64,000 bases of DNA from Octopus sinensis. Taxonomy: Eukaryota. The stretch spans positions 62,001 to 126,000 of the forward strand of contig NW_021829853.1 in the NCBI RefSeq assembly GCF_006345805.1, written 5' to 3'. The notes under the pieces are model-generated. The model was not told the DNA's origin and did not search any database. It worked only from the letters and a program-made list of their open reading frames with translations. The position numbers and the translations under genes are program-made. This document shows, in pieces, positions 40,912 through 53,857 of the stretch. How positions within the stretch are numbered: the stretch's first letter is position 1; every line of letters starts with the position of its first letter.

Positions 40912-43900
40912 TTAAAGTCTTTAAGCCACAAGATGATATATGATTAATCAAAATTAATGTGAATGGCTAAGAATTATACTTGGTTAAGTAATCTGAATGC
41001 TAAACAGCTAAAATGCAAAGGTTGTACAATAGTACCAAGGTCGGCCTTAAGGAGGCTGGCATCAAAGGAGTTAATAATTTTTACAACTCACCTGACACAA
41101 CTCTTGTCTCAGTTGTTAGTCCTATGTTAACCATGGTTAACTTGATTGAGATCAATGACATGCCAGCTGTGATCAACTCGGGGTTTTTTTGTTGATCTTT
41201 GATGCTAAATTTAGTCTCTTCATAATTGACTAGTTTAACTACATTTCCTTTCACCTGCTTTACAACCTAGCTTTTAAACTTGTGATGCACTATACTTAGC
41301 CACAACAACCAGAAAGTCAGCTTGTCCCAGCACTTAATAGCTTTCAGTATATTGTATTCTCTAACACTTTAGCTCTCACACTCCATACACACAAGGAGCA
41401 ACATATTACCTACAGCCTGGCTACTTTTGTTCCCCTGGGCCTTAATTCACACTTCAACTTTTCTGGCTTTCACTCACAAAAGCTGTTGGTGAGCAAGAGC
41501 TTTCACCTGTTGAAAGTTGCTTGCTTAGGATCAAACCATTGTCTCATCTCTGCTTATGAGCATCTTCATACTTTTAATTCCTGATACAGAATAAGTTCTT
41601 TTTTTCCTGTTCTATATTTATTATTCAAGACAGTTGTTTGGCAGAATTGTTTGAGCATCCAACAAAATGTCCTTTTGTTTTAATTCATTGAGTTTAAATC
41701 CAGTTATGACCAGCTTTGCTGTTCCTTCTCAGTTTAATGAAATACCAATCAAATACTCGAATTCATTAAATAAATTACCATTAAATAAACTAGCATTGCT
41801 AGGAACATTTACTCAATTAGGGGTCAATTAGGGGTCGGTAGAGTGTCCGACAGAATGCTTTGTGGTATTTGTTCTCGCTCATAACATTTTGGATTCAAAT
41901 CCTGTCATGATTAGCTTTGCTTTGCATCCTTCTGGGATTAGATTAAAATAAAGTCTATCAAAATCGGGGCTAATTTGATTGACTAACCCCTCCCCTCAAA
42001 TTTTTTAAAACTTCTTTTCTATCAATCACAAACTGTTGTTTTCCTTCTCCAGCTTCTAGAACGGCTTATCTTTTCTGTGTGCAGAAAAACATGCCTGGCT
42101 ATCATGCTGTTTGAAGGATTAAGGGAAACATCACTTTAGAAACAGGAAGAGCATTTAGCCATAAAAAATCTGCTTCAAAGAATTTTGTGTAAACCATCAG
42201 AGCAGAGAAAAGCCAAGGTTAAACAGATTTGAAGCCTCACTGAGTTTTACATTGAAGATAAATACAGATGAGGAAAAGAAACCCTTTTCATAAATACAGG
42301 GTACCAACAGGATTTGAGCTCTCATCTTTATATTGGACATAATTACTTATAATCCTGCTCACAGAAAAAGTAAATCGTTCTAGAAGCTGGAAAAGGAAAA
42401 CAAAACAATTCCTTTTTTTTTTTTTTTTTTTTTTTTTATGTCCACTGCTAGTTTATTAGACATGGTTTTCACTTAAATTTCCTGATTATATAAATAGTTA
42501 TCCACCATGGTTCATACAAGTAGAACCAAGATACAGGAACTGGTGTTGGAAAAGTGATGGGAAGAATAACAGTCCTTCTGCTGTAGACACAATGCCTGAA
42601 ATTTTAGGGGAAGGGGCCACTTGATTATATCGACCCCCAGTGATTGACTGGTACTCAATTTATCGACCCCAAAAGGAGGAAAGGCAAAGTCAACCTTGGC
42701 GGAATTTGAAGACAGACGAATACTGCTAAGCATTTCGCCTAACATGCTAACGATTCTGCCAGCTCGTTGCCTTCATAATAATAGTATTAAAACATTTGAA
42801 CTAGATTTGGACATTGTTTTACATGTAACAATAAATATTGTTTATTGTGGTTGCTACAATAACTTGCATTCTAATAAACTATTCCGAGATGAAAAGGAAA
42901 ATTAGGTCCCATATGAATGTGGAGGGGGGGGGGGAACAATATCAATGCTTGTTTATTGTTATATTTTAATGCTCCAGAATGGTGAACAAGTAGACACAAT
43001 GGAACCTCAGACAAAAGGTTGTGCAGTGTTTAGTTATTCTTTGTTTTCCTTGACCATGGAAAGAGAAAGGGCAAAGTTGACGTCTGTCTGATTTGAACCT
43101 AGAACTAAATACCAGTCAAATACTAGAGTCACTGCTTCCCTAAAATAGATTTGTTCTTTTCAGACGTTATTTCAGAATTCCACCCACCCTCCTCTCTTTT
43201 CACACAACTGCTGACCAGTTCTGACCATTCTTTACAGATTTTATCTAGTATATTTTTTTATATCTTTTATGACTATTTTTAATTGTCTTGACCTTACCTA
43301 CTTCTGACCTGCTCAGCTTACTTCTTCCTTTTGTTATTGTACACTCCCACCACCACCACTAACTCATAACCCTTCTTCCTCTCTCTCTCTACAGTACTCT
43401 ATTTTTGTATTTGAAATTTATAATGTCAGGCATTGTCTCCCTTTCTGGAGATGGACATGCCCAAAATGTTGGATTTTTTACATACAACACTACCACCTGA
43501 TTAGCACTCGTGCCAGTGAAACGTTAAAAGCACATCCGAGTGTGATCGTTGCCAGAGCGACAGATTGGCTCCCATGTCTGGCATGTACAAAGCACCATTT
43601 GAGCGTGATTGTTGCTAGCATTACCTTACTGGCACATGTGCCAGTGGCATGTGGAAAACAACATTCAAGCTTGGTCATTGTCAGTGCCGCTGAACTGGCT
43701 CCCCTGCAGGTGGCACATAAAAAACGCCCTTTTGAGCGTGGTCAAAAAACGCCCTTTTGAGCGTGGTCGTTGCCAGAACCGCCTGACTGGCTTTCGTGCC
43801 AGTGGCACATATAAGCACCCACTGCACTCTCGGAGTGGTTGGCATTACGAAGGGCATCTGTAGAAACTTTGCCAGATCAAATTGCAGCCTTCTGGCTCGC

Positions 43901-44192
43901 CAGTCCTCAGTCAATCCGTCCAACCCATGCCAGCATGGAAAGCAGACGTTAAACAACGATGCTGATGATGACATGAATGTTAGTCGCCTTGTCTTGTCTT
44001 GATATCAAACGCTAATTGTCAACAAACATCATTTTCATTCGAGTAGTTTCATTCATTTGCAATCTTCCATAAAAACATGTCTGGTCATTGTGCTGTTCAT
44101 GTTTCATGGTTTTCAAGAAATTTTACTTAGTTTTGGAAACAGGAAGAGATTATCTGGCCATAGGAAATCTTCCTCAGTAAGTTTTGTCTAAC

Positions 44193-44475
44193 CCAGTGGT
44201 TCTCAACCGGGGTCCACATGGACCCCTATCGTCCATGGGACATTCTCATGGATCCACGGCAAGATTTTAGTGGTCCATGATATTTTGCATCATCTACTGT
44301 TGTCAGCTTTAGAAAATTATCTCCAGAAATCAAGGAGAAAATATTTGTTTGAAGGTAGGATTCTTGTCAAAACAGGAAAATAAAGTAAAAAGAATTCCTT
44401 TGGGAATTTAATGGCCACCATCATTTGTACATTGGTACATTTTGGGGTTTCTTTTAAGTGTTTAGGAACGACTCC
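44193..44475. mobile_element. hAT/Charlie-type MITE remnant
   Basis: cagtggttctcaaccggggtcc terminus; the right end is degenerate. Confidence 0.45.
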
Positions 44476-44537
<62 letters not shown>

Positions 44538-45988
44538 GAATTTACAAAAGACGAAGTAGGATGTGTAAACAACAAACATGTATTAGTTTAATGCTCAGGA
44601 AGTGAGAAAGTCTTTTACATTTTGAACCCGAAAGGAAAATAAATTAGGTTTAGTGGCTAGCGGTCTATCGTGGCTTGTTTCTATGGCAGGATGCCCTTCC
44701 TAATGCCAACCATTCCAATAATGTACGGGTGCCTTTAATGTATCGCCGTCACAGGTGCTTTTACATGATACCAACATGGAAGCTATTACAAGTCACTAGT
44801 ACTGGCAACAATTACAATTTCGCTTGGCTTGACGAACCTTCTCAGGCACAGCAAATCTCCAAAGGTCACAATCATTTGCCATTACCTTCGTGGGACCCCA
44901 CATTCGAAGATCATGATTCACTACCTCATCCTATGTCTTCCTGGGTTTATCTCTTCCACAGGTCCCCTCCACATAAGCATCAACACAACTTGACAGATAA
45001 AGCAATATCTCACAAGACCTCTAATGCTGTCAAGGGTTTTGTTTGTAAGTTGTAGCAAGAGGGTTTTGTTTCTTCAAATCCTTTGTATATCACTCATCAT
45101 TGACGTCCGTTTTCCATTCTGGCTGGGGTTAGTCACTCATTGACAATATTTCCTCAAGGTGTGGATTATAAAATCCAGACAAAGCATCATTAACTTTTTT
45201 TTATAAATGAAAAAAGTATAGTATGGAGCAATTTCATTTTGTGTGGTGGGAAGATGGAATATTCAGTTCCAAATCTTAAAACTATTCAAGGTTTCCAACA
45301 GCAAATTTCACTCCCAAAGTTTGTTTTAATCCTTCTGCTTTGCTCCAGCTTGCTGTTGAGGCCTTGCCATCAAATAATGGCTAAAATATGTTCTGGTCTA
45401 GACATGTTGTACAGAAGCATCAGCTGAAAACTGTTGACCCTTGTTTTATGGAGTCGGTCATAAGAAGGTAGGAGGGCCCGGTCATGATTGCATGTTATGT
45501 AGATGTGCTGTAGTCAGATGCTTAACAAGTTGCTTAATCACAATGTCCCAGGTTCAAATGCACTCCATGGCTTGACAGCAAAATTGGAGACTGTGGAAAC
45601 TGGAAGCCTGTTGGATGGCTGGTTTCTGGAATTCAAAGATCCAGTTCTTGTCTCGCTCTCATTTTGATTCTAGCATTAATGGTATCTATGGAATACTCAA
45701 CCACTTCCATGGCTGATTCAATAAGTTTAGTTGTGGGGTTTAGTGAGCAAGTGAAATCCCATGGTCAGAAATTCTGATTGGCATCCATCCCATGTATTAC
45801 ACTCAACAGGATTTATACATTATATAAATTAAATACATTTTATGTAGTATACAAGTGTACAATAGTAAACTTCTTCCATTTTGTTATTGGTATGTGTGTG
45901 GTGTGTGTGCATTTGTAATCTACATATATATGTTGGTTCGTTAGCCCCTACACGCAATTTGTTTCTCTCCTTGTTTCTTTTCTGTGTA

Positions 45989-46026
45989 TCTTTCTGTCGA
46001 AGAGCGTATGCTCGAAACGTAAAAGA
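45989..46026 (+). ncRNA. Minimal hammerhead motif, variant core CTGTCGA, sense in SOD1 intron 1
   Basis: tcttt-CTGTCGA-a-gagc gtat gctc-GAAA-cg-ta-aaaga; same family as 22296. Confidence 0.55.
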
Positions 46027-46123
46027 CTTGTTTTATTTCTATTCCTGAGTGCCATACTAATACATTATTTGTTTGTACTCCACCTGCCTTCGTCTTTTGT
46101 TTATTTTTGTAAACCTTCTGTTA

Positions 46124-48099
46124 TCTCTTATTATAAAAGGCAGATTTTATCTGCCTCCCTTTGTATCTTATAGAAATCTACAATATAGGATTTCTTCAAT
46201 TACAATTTACCTAGCATTTTTAAGAGTAGAATGCATCGGGTCGTGACAGGTCCACTTTTTAAAATTTCAACCCCAATTAAGCAAAATTTAGAGAAAACTC
46301 ACATTGTGGTGTATGAGTCAAATGCTTCTCTTAGTGTGGGATACAGCACACGCAAACGCACACACACAGTGTGCAACGAATGAAGTGAAACTAATTCACT
46401 TTCTGTAGTGAGTGACTATTTCACTCTACATTCCCACTTCCACTTTACACACATAGACACGCAAATATATAAATAAAATTGTAAGCTAACGTGTGTGTGT
46501 GCATGTGTGTGTGTGTGCGTGAGTGTGTGACAGGAAAGTTTTTTACGACGAATATAAGACCTATATCCAAGTAGCAGAAAGATCGCCCAAAAGTGTATAT
46601 AGATATTTAAATGTATTTATATATTCATCTATACACAGATGTATGTATAATGTGTGTGTATATATTTCCATAGCGGTAACCTTTCACTCCATACAAATTT
46701 TTTAGGACGAATATAAGATCTAAAGTTATCTCTAAGAAAAAGAAAGATCGCCCAAAAGTGTATATAGATATTTAAATGTATTTATATATTCATCTATACA
46801 CACATGTATGTATAATGTGCGTGTATATATTTCCATAGAGGTAACCATTCAATCCATACAAAGTTTTTTAGGACGAAAATATTTATATATAAAAGAAAGG
46901 TTGTGTGTCTGTCTACTCCGATTTAGATTCCTAACTACTCCCACATTTTGCAATGCAGTTTAACCAAAACCAGGTATCTTATAGTCGTGATTCATATCGA
47001 GCCCTCCTGGGTATTAGCGCGCGTCTACGATGAGTCTATAATTTTACAAATAATTTACCATCATTTTTTTCCATTTTAATGCATATTTTTTTTAATAAAG
47101 GGAAGTAACTCTCAAACTTCACACCAACATGCGTGCTCATATGCGACGTAATATCACATCAGCATTTCCTCACACTCTCCTTGCACTTGGCGAAGGCAAA
47201 ATACCAGGGGATGAAAATGGTAATATTGCCATCGATTCCATTTGTACCATTGTTAAGACGCCTTCTGATCTCAGAGATGCAGTGTTCCCAGATCTACAAG
47301 CTAATTATCAGAATATGGATTGGATTGGCAAAAAGGCTATACTGGCCCCGAGGAATAAAACTGTTCACCATATTAATGATGAAATGCTAAAACTCATTCC
47401 TGGGGAAGTCTATGTATATCAGTCTATCGATACAACTCCTGACCCAGAGGATGTCATCAACTATCCAATAGAGGTACTCAATTCCTTTGAGCACCCCGGA
47501 CTACCACCACACTTTCTCAAACTTAAAGTTGGTGCCCCTATAATGCTCATCAGAAATTTGGTTCCCCCAAAACAATGCAATGGCACACGTTTTATCGTTA
47601 AGTCCTTATCTCCCACCGTAAACTTATACCAATATTTGCCTGAATAATCATCATAATTCAGTGCAATCATTAACAGTACTTTCAAGCAATTCAGCCCCGA
47701 GCAACGCCGGGCAATTCTGCTAGTATATATATAAAGCTGAAGTTGTCTGTGTGTGGCAGGTTTGGTAGCCTTCAACTAACACTATCTCCTCCGAGACCCT
47801 GCAGCGCAAGTTGACCAAAATTGAGAGTAGGATAGATGGCTTGCTCTTCCTTCCGTAGAAGAAAAAATTCAAATCGGACCATGTTAACACCAAAAATTAT
47901 TTACATCAAAAAGGTGCTTTTTTTCTATGAAAATCCCTATTTTTTTTACTGCTGTGTCTCCATTTTTCGGTGTATTTCAACCAGAAAAATGTTCACTTAA
48001 AGAGAATAACAAGCTACATAATGTGAAAGTTTTACTTTTCTAAAATTCCAATTTTAAAGGGTCGAAACAAACCCAAGCAACGCTGGGCGATACTGCTAG
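46124..48099 (+). mobile_element. Tandem Helitron-derived array in SOD1 intron 1
   Basis: a|TC start (TCTCTTATTATAAAAG), a second 5'-like end at ~46880, and two 3' ends with hairpin + CTAG|t (47697-47723, 48072-48099). Confidence 0.8.
47129..47620 (+). pseudogene. Helitron PIF1-family helicase fragment
   Basis: KAILAPRN...IN...YPIEVLNS..PGLPPHFLKLKVGAPIMLIRNL.PPK.CNGTR, a typical RepHel helicase segment, truncated at both ends. Confidence 0.9.
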
Positions 48100-48138
48100 T
48101 CTGTTTTTAAAAGCTGAGGACCTGGTTTGTCTTTTCAG

Positions 48139-48235
48139 TGCAGTAATGGACCTGTGAAGGTGACAGGAGAGATTGCAGGAATGCTCGATGGCAAGCATGG
48201 ATTCCATATTCATGAATTTGGAGATAATACTAATG
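48139..48235 (+). CDS. SOD1: Cu/Zn SOD exon 2 ([32 protein letters not shown]+G)
   Basis: ttttcag acceptor, 97 nt, [12 protein letters not shown] signature (Cu ligands equivalent to H46/H48), gtaag donor. Confidence 0.97.
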
Positions 48236-49708
48236 GTAAGGAACTCTTTCTCTCTCCTTTAGAGTTTTCCCTCTGTCTTTGAAGTAGTACTGAGAATGTG
48301 AAGAGACCCCCAGGTGAAACAGGTGTAACTGTTTTGGTTTTTTTTTTTTTTTTTTTTTTTTTTAATTCTAGTAAATTTCTGGTAGTGAGATGTATGTTAA
48401 CAAAATAACTATTAATCAAGAAACTAATTAAGTTTCAGCCATATGTCATTATTCATTTAATCCACATTTTACCATCCGAATGTGGCCAGTGCCAGTGCTG
48501 CTTTGACTGGTTTCTGTGCTGGTGGAATGTAAAAAGCGCCATCTGATTGTGATCGATGGCAGCTCCTCTGGCCAGTGGCATGTAAAAAGCACCCACTACA
48601 CTGAGTGGTTGGCGTTAGGAAGGGCATCCAGCTGTAGAAACATTGCCAGATCAGATTGGGGGCCTGGTGCAGCCTCCTGGCTTCCCAGACCCCAATTGAA
48701 CCATCCAACCCATGCTAGCATGGAAAACGGACGTTAAACAATGATGATGATTTCTATGCATGCATGGGTTAGACAAAGTATATTAAAAATCAATAGCTGA
48801 GATAGTGTTCTTCAGCAAGTCACCCTCCTTACTGTTCAATTAAGATGGTAAATAGCATGCCAAATGGCTGGTAATCATTTGTTTAAAAAGCCATGTAAGA
48901 AGCACCCAGTGCACTCTGTAAAGAAAGGCCATCCAAATCATCGTTGTCCTCCTTTAACATCTGCTTTCCATGCCAGCATGGGTTGGACAGTTTGAATAAG
49001 AACTGGCGAGCCGGGAGGCTGCACCAGGATCGAATCTGATCTGGCAAAGTTCCTGCAGCTGGATGCCATTCCTAATGCCAACCCCATCCTGAAGTGTAGT
49101 GGGTGTTTTTTATGCTTCACTGGCATGGGAGTCAGTCAGGTGGCACTGGCATCGGCCATGCTCGGATGGTTCTTTTGATGTGTCAAACAAAACCAACATC
49201 CACAATTGAAGCCTGGTGTGGCTCTTTGGCTTGCCAGCTCCTGGTCAAACCAGTATGGGAAATAGATGTCAAATGAAGGTAACCAATGTCAGACACACAC
49301 ACACACTCACATACATATGAGCTTCCATACAATTTCCATCTATGAATTTCACTCAAGGCATTGATTAACCTGGAGGTTAAAATATCAAATATCAATAGAA
49401 AAAGGTTTAGTGGCTAAGGTCGATCATGGCTTGTTTCTATGGCGGGATGCCTTTCCTAATGCCAACCATTCCATGAATGTAGCAGGTCCCTTTAATGTCT
49501 CGCCGTCACAGGTGCTTTTACATGACATCGACATGGGTCCAAAGTGCCAAATGGCAGAAGAACCATGACATGAGAATGGTATAAGTATTTAAGTGTTCTC
49601 TCTCTTTGCATTTTGAGTTCAAATTCCATTGGAGTTGACTTTGTAGGAATAAAAAAGGGACAGTTGATTTTAAAAACCTAATCTAATCTAATTTTCTTTG
49701 AAATATAG

Positions 49709-49778
49709 GATGTGTGAGTGCTGGTGGACATTTCAACCCAGAGGGTAAAGAACATGGAGCTCCTGCTGATAAAATTAG
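49709..49778 (+). CDS. SOD1: Cu/Zn SOD exon 3 (GCVSAGGHFNPEGKEHGAPADKIR)
   Basis: tatag acceptor, 70 nt, C57/H63/H71 equivalents, gtaaat donor; phases join exons 2 and 4 in frame. Confidence 0.97.
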
Positions 49779-50069
49779 GTAAATATTTTTGAGTTTTTTT
49801 TTAAACACCGAATGTGTGCTGCCAGAGCTGGATGAGGTCAGATCTCTTCTTTATTCAGGAACAGCTTTGATGTTTTGGGGAACGGTCGATGGCATTGCGG
49901 AGCACAAGAATTAAAGTTGTTGTTGGGAAGTTAGCAGAGCTGGAGGACAGGAAGCCATCTGAATATTAGGAGAGTTACCTGTATCATGATAACACACAAT
50001 GCTTATCAGAGTATTTTGATGCTGCTCATCAATGCTCTGTGAATGCTGTAAAGGTGACTTGCCTACAAT

Positions 50070-50560
50070 CCATGTGATGTCCCATGTATCAAGAAAACCA
50101 AATTCCCACAAACTGCGATTAGTCTTTGGGTGTGTCTCCAGTGGAGATGGTCCTGCTGCCCCACATCTTTGAACAGGGCCTTAGGCTCAATTCAGACAGC
50201 TATGTGAAACAACTAGAGACTGTGGTCAATCCCTGATTAAAGAGGGTTGCTACTGGGAGGTTATGTGTGGCAGTAGGATTTGATTCCTTGCCTATAGCTC
50301 CAGAAAGATTTTACAAGTGGCTGTCAGAGAATTTCACCAGCCCCATCAATTTTCTGGCCTTCTGACCCTCTTCCTGCCTTTGTAATCCCATGGATTACTA
50401 CGTGTTGAGAAAGACACCAGCCTGTCTTCCTGCAATACCAAGGCTAAGCTAGTGGCCAAGATGAACGTGTACAAATATCTTCTGAGAAACACAGTGAGGA
50501 ATGCCAGCTTTGGGGGCTTTGGTGGAAACTGAGGGCAGCTACTTTGACTAAACTTATCTC
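50070..50560 (+). pseudogene. Tc1/mariner DD37D (maT-like) transposase relic in SOD1 intron 3
   Basis: KTKFP, VFGCVSS, PHIFEQGLRLNSDSYVKQLETVVNP, KWLSENF, FWP, CNPMDYYV; many stops and indels. Confidence 0.75.
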
Positions 50561-50859
50561 TCGGCTTTGTTTTTTTTGTTTTTAAATACTTTTTATTTTT
50601 ATTTTTTATTTTCCTTTTTAAGCAGACTGTCATATTTAGCCTACGCACTCTGTATGTTCTTAATATGTAAAGTGTGCACCAGCTCATACTTTGGGCTTCA
50701 ATTACAGGTGTTTTCAGAAATTTTGCCAGTAGTAGGTGACTGGGTGGGTATAGTTTTAAAATTGAATTCTTTCACCTGCAGCTATCCAACTCACTGTCAC
50801 AGCAACAGATGACCACTGCTTTAATCTCAATTACTGCTGCTGTTATATTAATGGCCTCA

Positions 50860-51990
50860 ACATATATATATATGACTAGTGACCGAGACCTTTGGAGATA
50901 GGCTGTGCTTGAGAAAATCAGGCAAGCCAAGTGAGACCATAACCCATGGCCTGTGCCAATGGTGTATAAACAGCCCCACTTATGAGTACCCTTCATTCAT
51001 TGGACAATAAAATATGCTTGCGAAGACCTGTTGAGGCAAGTGAAATCAAAATCGCTGACAGTGCTGCCTCATTGGCACCCATGCCAGTAGAATGTTAAAA
51101 GCACCATCTGAGCGTGATCATTGCCAGCATCGCCTTACTGGCACATGTGCCAGTGGCATGTGAAAAACATTTGAGTGTGGTTGTTGCCAGTGCTGCCGGA
51201 CTGGCTCCTGTGCTGGTGGCACGTAAAAAACACCATTTTGAGCCACTTCATTGCCAGTGCCATCTGACTGGCCCTCATGCTGGTGGCACGTAAAAAGCAC
51301 CCGCTACAATCTCGGAGTGTTTGGTGTAAAGGAAGGGCATCCGGCTGTAGAAACCTTGCCAGATCAAGATTGGAGCCTGGTGCAGCTTCCCGGCTTGCCA
51401 GTCCCCAGTCAAACCGTCCAACCCATGCTAGCATGGAAAGTTGACGTTAAACAACGATGATACATATCATTATCATCATCGTTTAACGTCCGCTTTCCAT
51501 GCTAGCATGGGTTGGACGATTTTGACTGAGGGCTGGCGAACCAGATGGCTGCACCAGGCTCCAATCTTGATCTGGCAGAGTTTCTACAGCTGGATGCCCT
51601 TCCTAATGCCAACCACTCCATGAGTGTAGTGGGTGCTTTTTACATGCCACTGGCACAGGGGCCAGTCAGGTGGTACTGGCTATGACTTCGCTCAAATCTT
51701 TTACACATGCCACCAGCACAGGTGTCAGTAAGGCGATGCTGGTAAGGATCACGCTTGAATGGTGTCTTTTATGTGCCACCGACATGGAGCCAGATAGCCA
51801 CTCTTGCAACGATCACACTCGGATGGTGCTCTTAATACCCTACTAGCACAGGGCTCGAGTAACAGTAAGGCGACACTGGTAACGATCTCGCTCGAATGGT
51901 GCCTTTTAGGTGCCACTGGCATGGAAGCCGGTTAGCTGCACTGTCAATAATCACACTCGTACAATGCTCCTTGCACCCCGCTAGCACACA
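50860..51990. mobile_element. SINE-like family C with (GAT)n tail, here a tail-to-tail pair. Other copies ~43500-43972 +, 48480-48750 +, 48938-49180 -, 53105-53290 +, 61770-62100 -, 62930-63135 -
   Basis: Shared ggttggcgttaggaagggcatccagctgtagaaac...ccaacccatgctagcatggaaagcggacgttaaacgatgatg, plus internal gccagtggcacgtaaaaagcac subrepeats. Confidence 0.8.
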
Positions 51991-52121
51991 CATATATGTA
52001 TAGAATTTTGAATTTAGTCCAGACCCCCCCACCTCCCCCAGTCCTCCCTTTGCAGACCACCAGTGGGAACCACTGGTCTAGATGATTCTTTCTGAGTGTA
52101 AAAAAATCTTCTTCTCCTCAG

Positions 52122-52236
52122 GCATGTTGGCGACCTTGGCAATGTTGAGTCTGGTCAGGGTGTAGCAAAGGTTAATATAGAAGACAGCGTAATAAGCTTG
52201 AATGGACCAAACAGCATCGTTGGAAGAACCTTGGTG
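52122..52236 (+). CDS. SOD1: Cu/Zn SOD exon 4 ([39 protein letters not shown])
   Basis: cttctcctcag acceptor, 115 nt, HVGDLGN (H80, D83), IVGRTLV, gtaagt donor. Confidence 0.97.
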
Positions 52237-53340
52237 GTAAGTTCACTGACAATTTTACAAAACCTCACTTAAACCTTCAGCAATAAAGCTTGCCAGGATC
52301 CAGCCTCTCATACCTACCCTGCAATGTGATTCTAAAAATAATCACTTCATCAAAATTTCAAAGCCATGAGATATTGCAAGATACAACCGTTCCAACCTGA
52401 ATATGATTGAGGTTCTCGTAATTCCTCGTGTGGCTCCTTCAAGTAACAATTCTGACTTTCAAGGATTTTATACCCTTTTACTTGTTTCGGTCTTTTTGAC
52501 TGCGGCCATGCTAGAGCACTGCCTTTAGTCGAGCAAATCGACCCCAGGACTTATTCTTTGTAAGCCTGGTACTTTATTCTGTCGGTCTCTTTTGCTGAAC
52601 CGCTAAGTTATGGGGACGTAAACACACCAGCATTGGTTGTCAAGCGATGTTGGGGACACACACATTTATATACGATGGGCTTCTTTCAGTTTCTGTCTAC
52701 CAAATTCACGCTCAAGGCTTTGGTCAGCCCGAGGTTATAGTAGAAGACACTTGTCCAAGGTGCCACACAGTGGGACTGAACCCGGGGCAATTAGTTGGTA
52801 AGCAAGCTACTTACCACACAGCCACTCCTGTGCCTATATACTTGAAGATTTTTTTAAAAACAAAAGAAAAAGGTGGAGATGTAGAAGTGTGTGAATTTTT
52901 ATCCCGTGAGGAAGAGTACTTTGATAAAAGAAGAGGTGGAGATCTTCAGAATGCCATTCAAAATATTTACAGTGACATGGTCAAAAAAATACAATAACAA
53001 ATATTCCTGTCTTTACTGAAAATACATTATTTTGAGTCATTGGTGTTTTTTAAATATCAGCTGACAGAATTTCAGTTCCACAGGTACAAAAGTTAGTTAC
53101 CGCCTTATTGGCTCCTGTGCCGGTGGCACGTAAAAGGCACCCACTACACTCTTGGAGTGGTTGGTGTTAGGAAGGGCATCCAGCTGTAGAAACCTTGCCA
53201 GATCAGATTGGAGCTTGGTGCAGCCACTTGGCTTGCCAGTCCTCCGTCAAACCCATGCCAGCATGGAAAGTGGGCGTTAAACGATGATGATTGTTGATAA
53301 CCCTCTTGAGTAGAATTAATTGAAAACAATGTGAATAAAT

Positions 53341-53660
53341 TTCGTTTTTGGATTTGGCTTGCAAGATTCTTTATGAGTTTTGTGTGTTGAAGCATATTCT
53401 GTTGTGTCTGGGGAGTCATTTTCTTTTTGTGCCTTATGTAACACACTCACAGGTAAAATTTCCACTTTTTTCGTTGCACCTTGCAACCTTTTCAATAGTT
53501 TTGAGTTTACAATAGTTTTACAGTCAAGACTATTGAAAAGGTTGCAAGGCGCAACGAAAATTTTAGGACAATAAAAATAAGGAAAAAAGTGAAAATTTTA
53601 CCTGTGAGTGTGTTACATAATAAGGCACAAAAAGAAAATGACTCTCCCCAGACACAACAG
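53341..53660. mobile_element. Fold-back insertion with 13-bp target-site duplication in SOD1 intron 4
   Basis: Direct repeat aatgtgaataaat at 53328-53340 and 53661-53673; near-palindrome 53393-53666. Confidence 0.75.
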
Positions 53661-53736
53661 AATGTGAATAAATATCACATTTAACAGAGTAATCTAAATG
53701 CCGACTGTTTGCTTATTTTTTCATTTCCTTCTCCAG

Positions 53737-53853
53737 GTCCATGAAGACATTGACGATTTAGGCGTTGGTGGTCATAAAGATAGCAAGACTACTGGAAACG
53801 CCGGGAAAAGACTTGCCTGTGGAGTAATTGGTATTGCAAAATTGGAGAAATAA
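53737..53853 (+). CDS. SOD1: Cu/Zn SOD exon 5 ([38 protein letters not shown])
   Basis: ttctccag acceptor, H120, [12 protein letters not shown] signature (R143, C146), TAA at 53851-53853. Spliced CDS is 465 nt = 154 aa plus stop. Confidence 0.97.
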   Translation, partial: VHEDIDDLGVGGHKDSKTTGNAGKRLACGVIGIAKLEK

Positions 53854-53857
53854 TTTC

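Noticed and set aside
47129-47647. A host PIF1 helicase gene nested in SOD1
   Set aside because: A truncated internal fragment lying within Helitron termini.
48139-48143. Alternative acceptor tgcag 5 nt into SOD1 exon 2
   Set aside because: It would frameshift the CDS; the upstream AG gives the conserved 97-nt exon.
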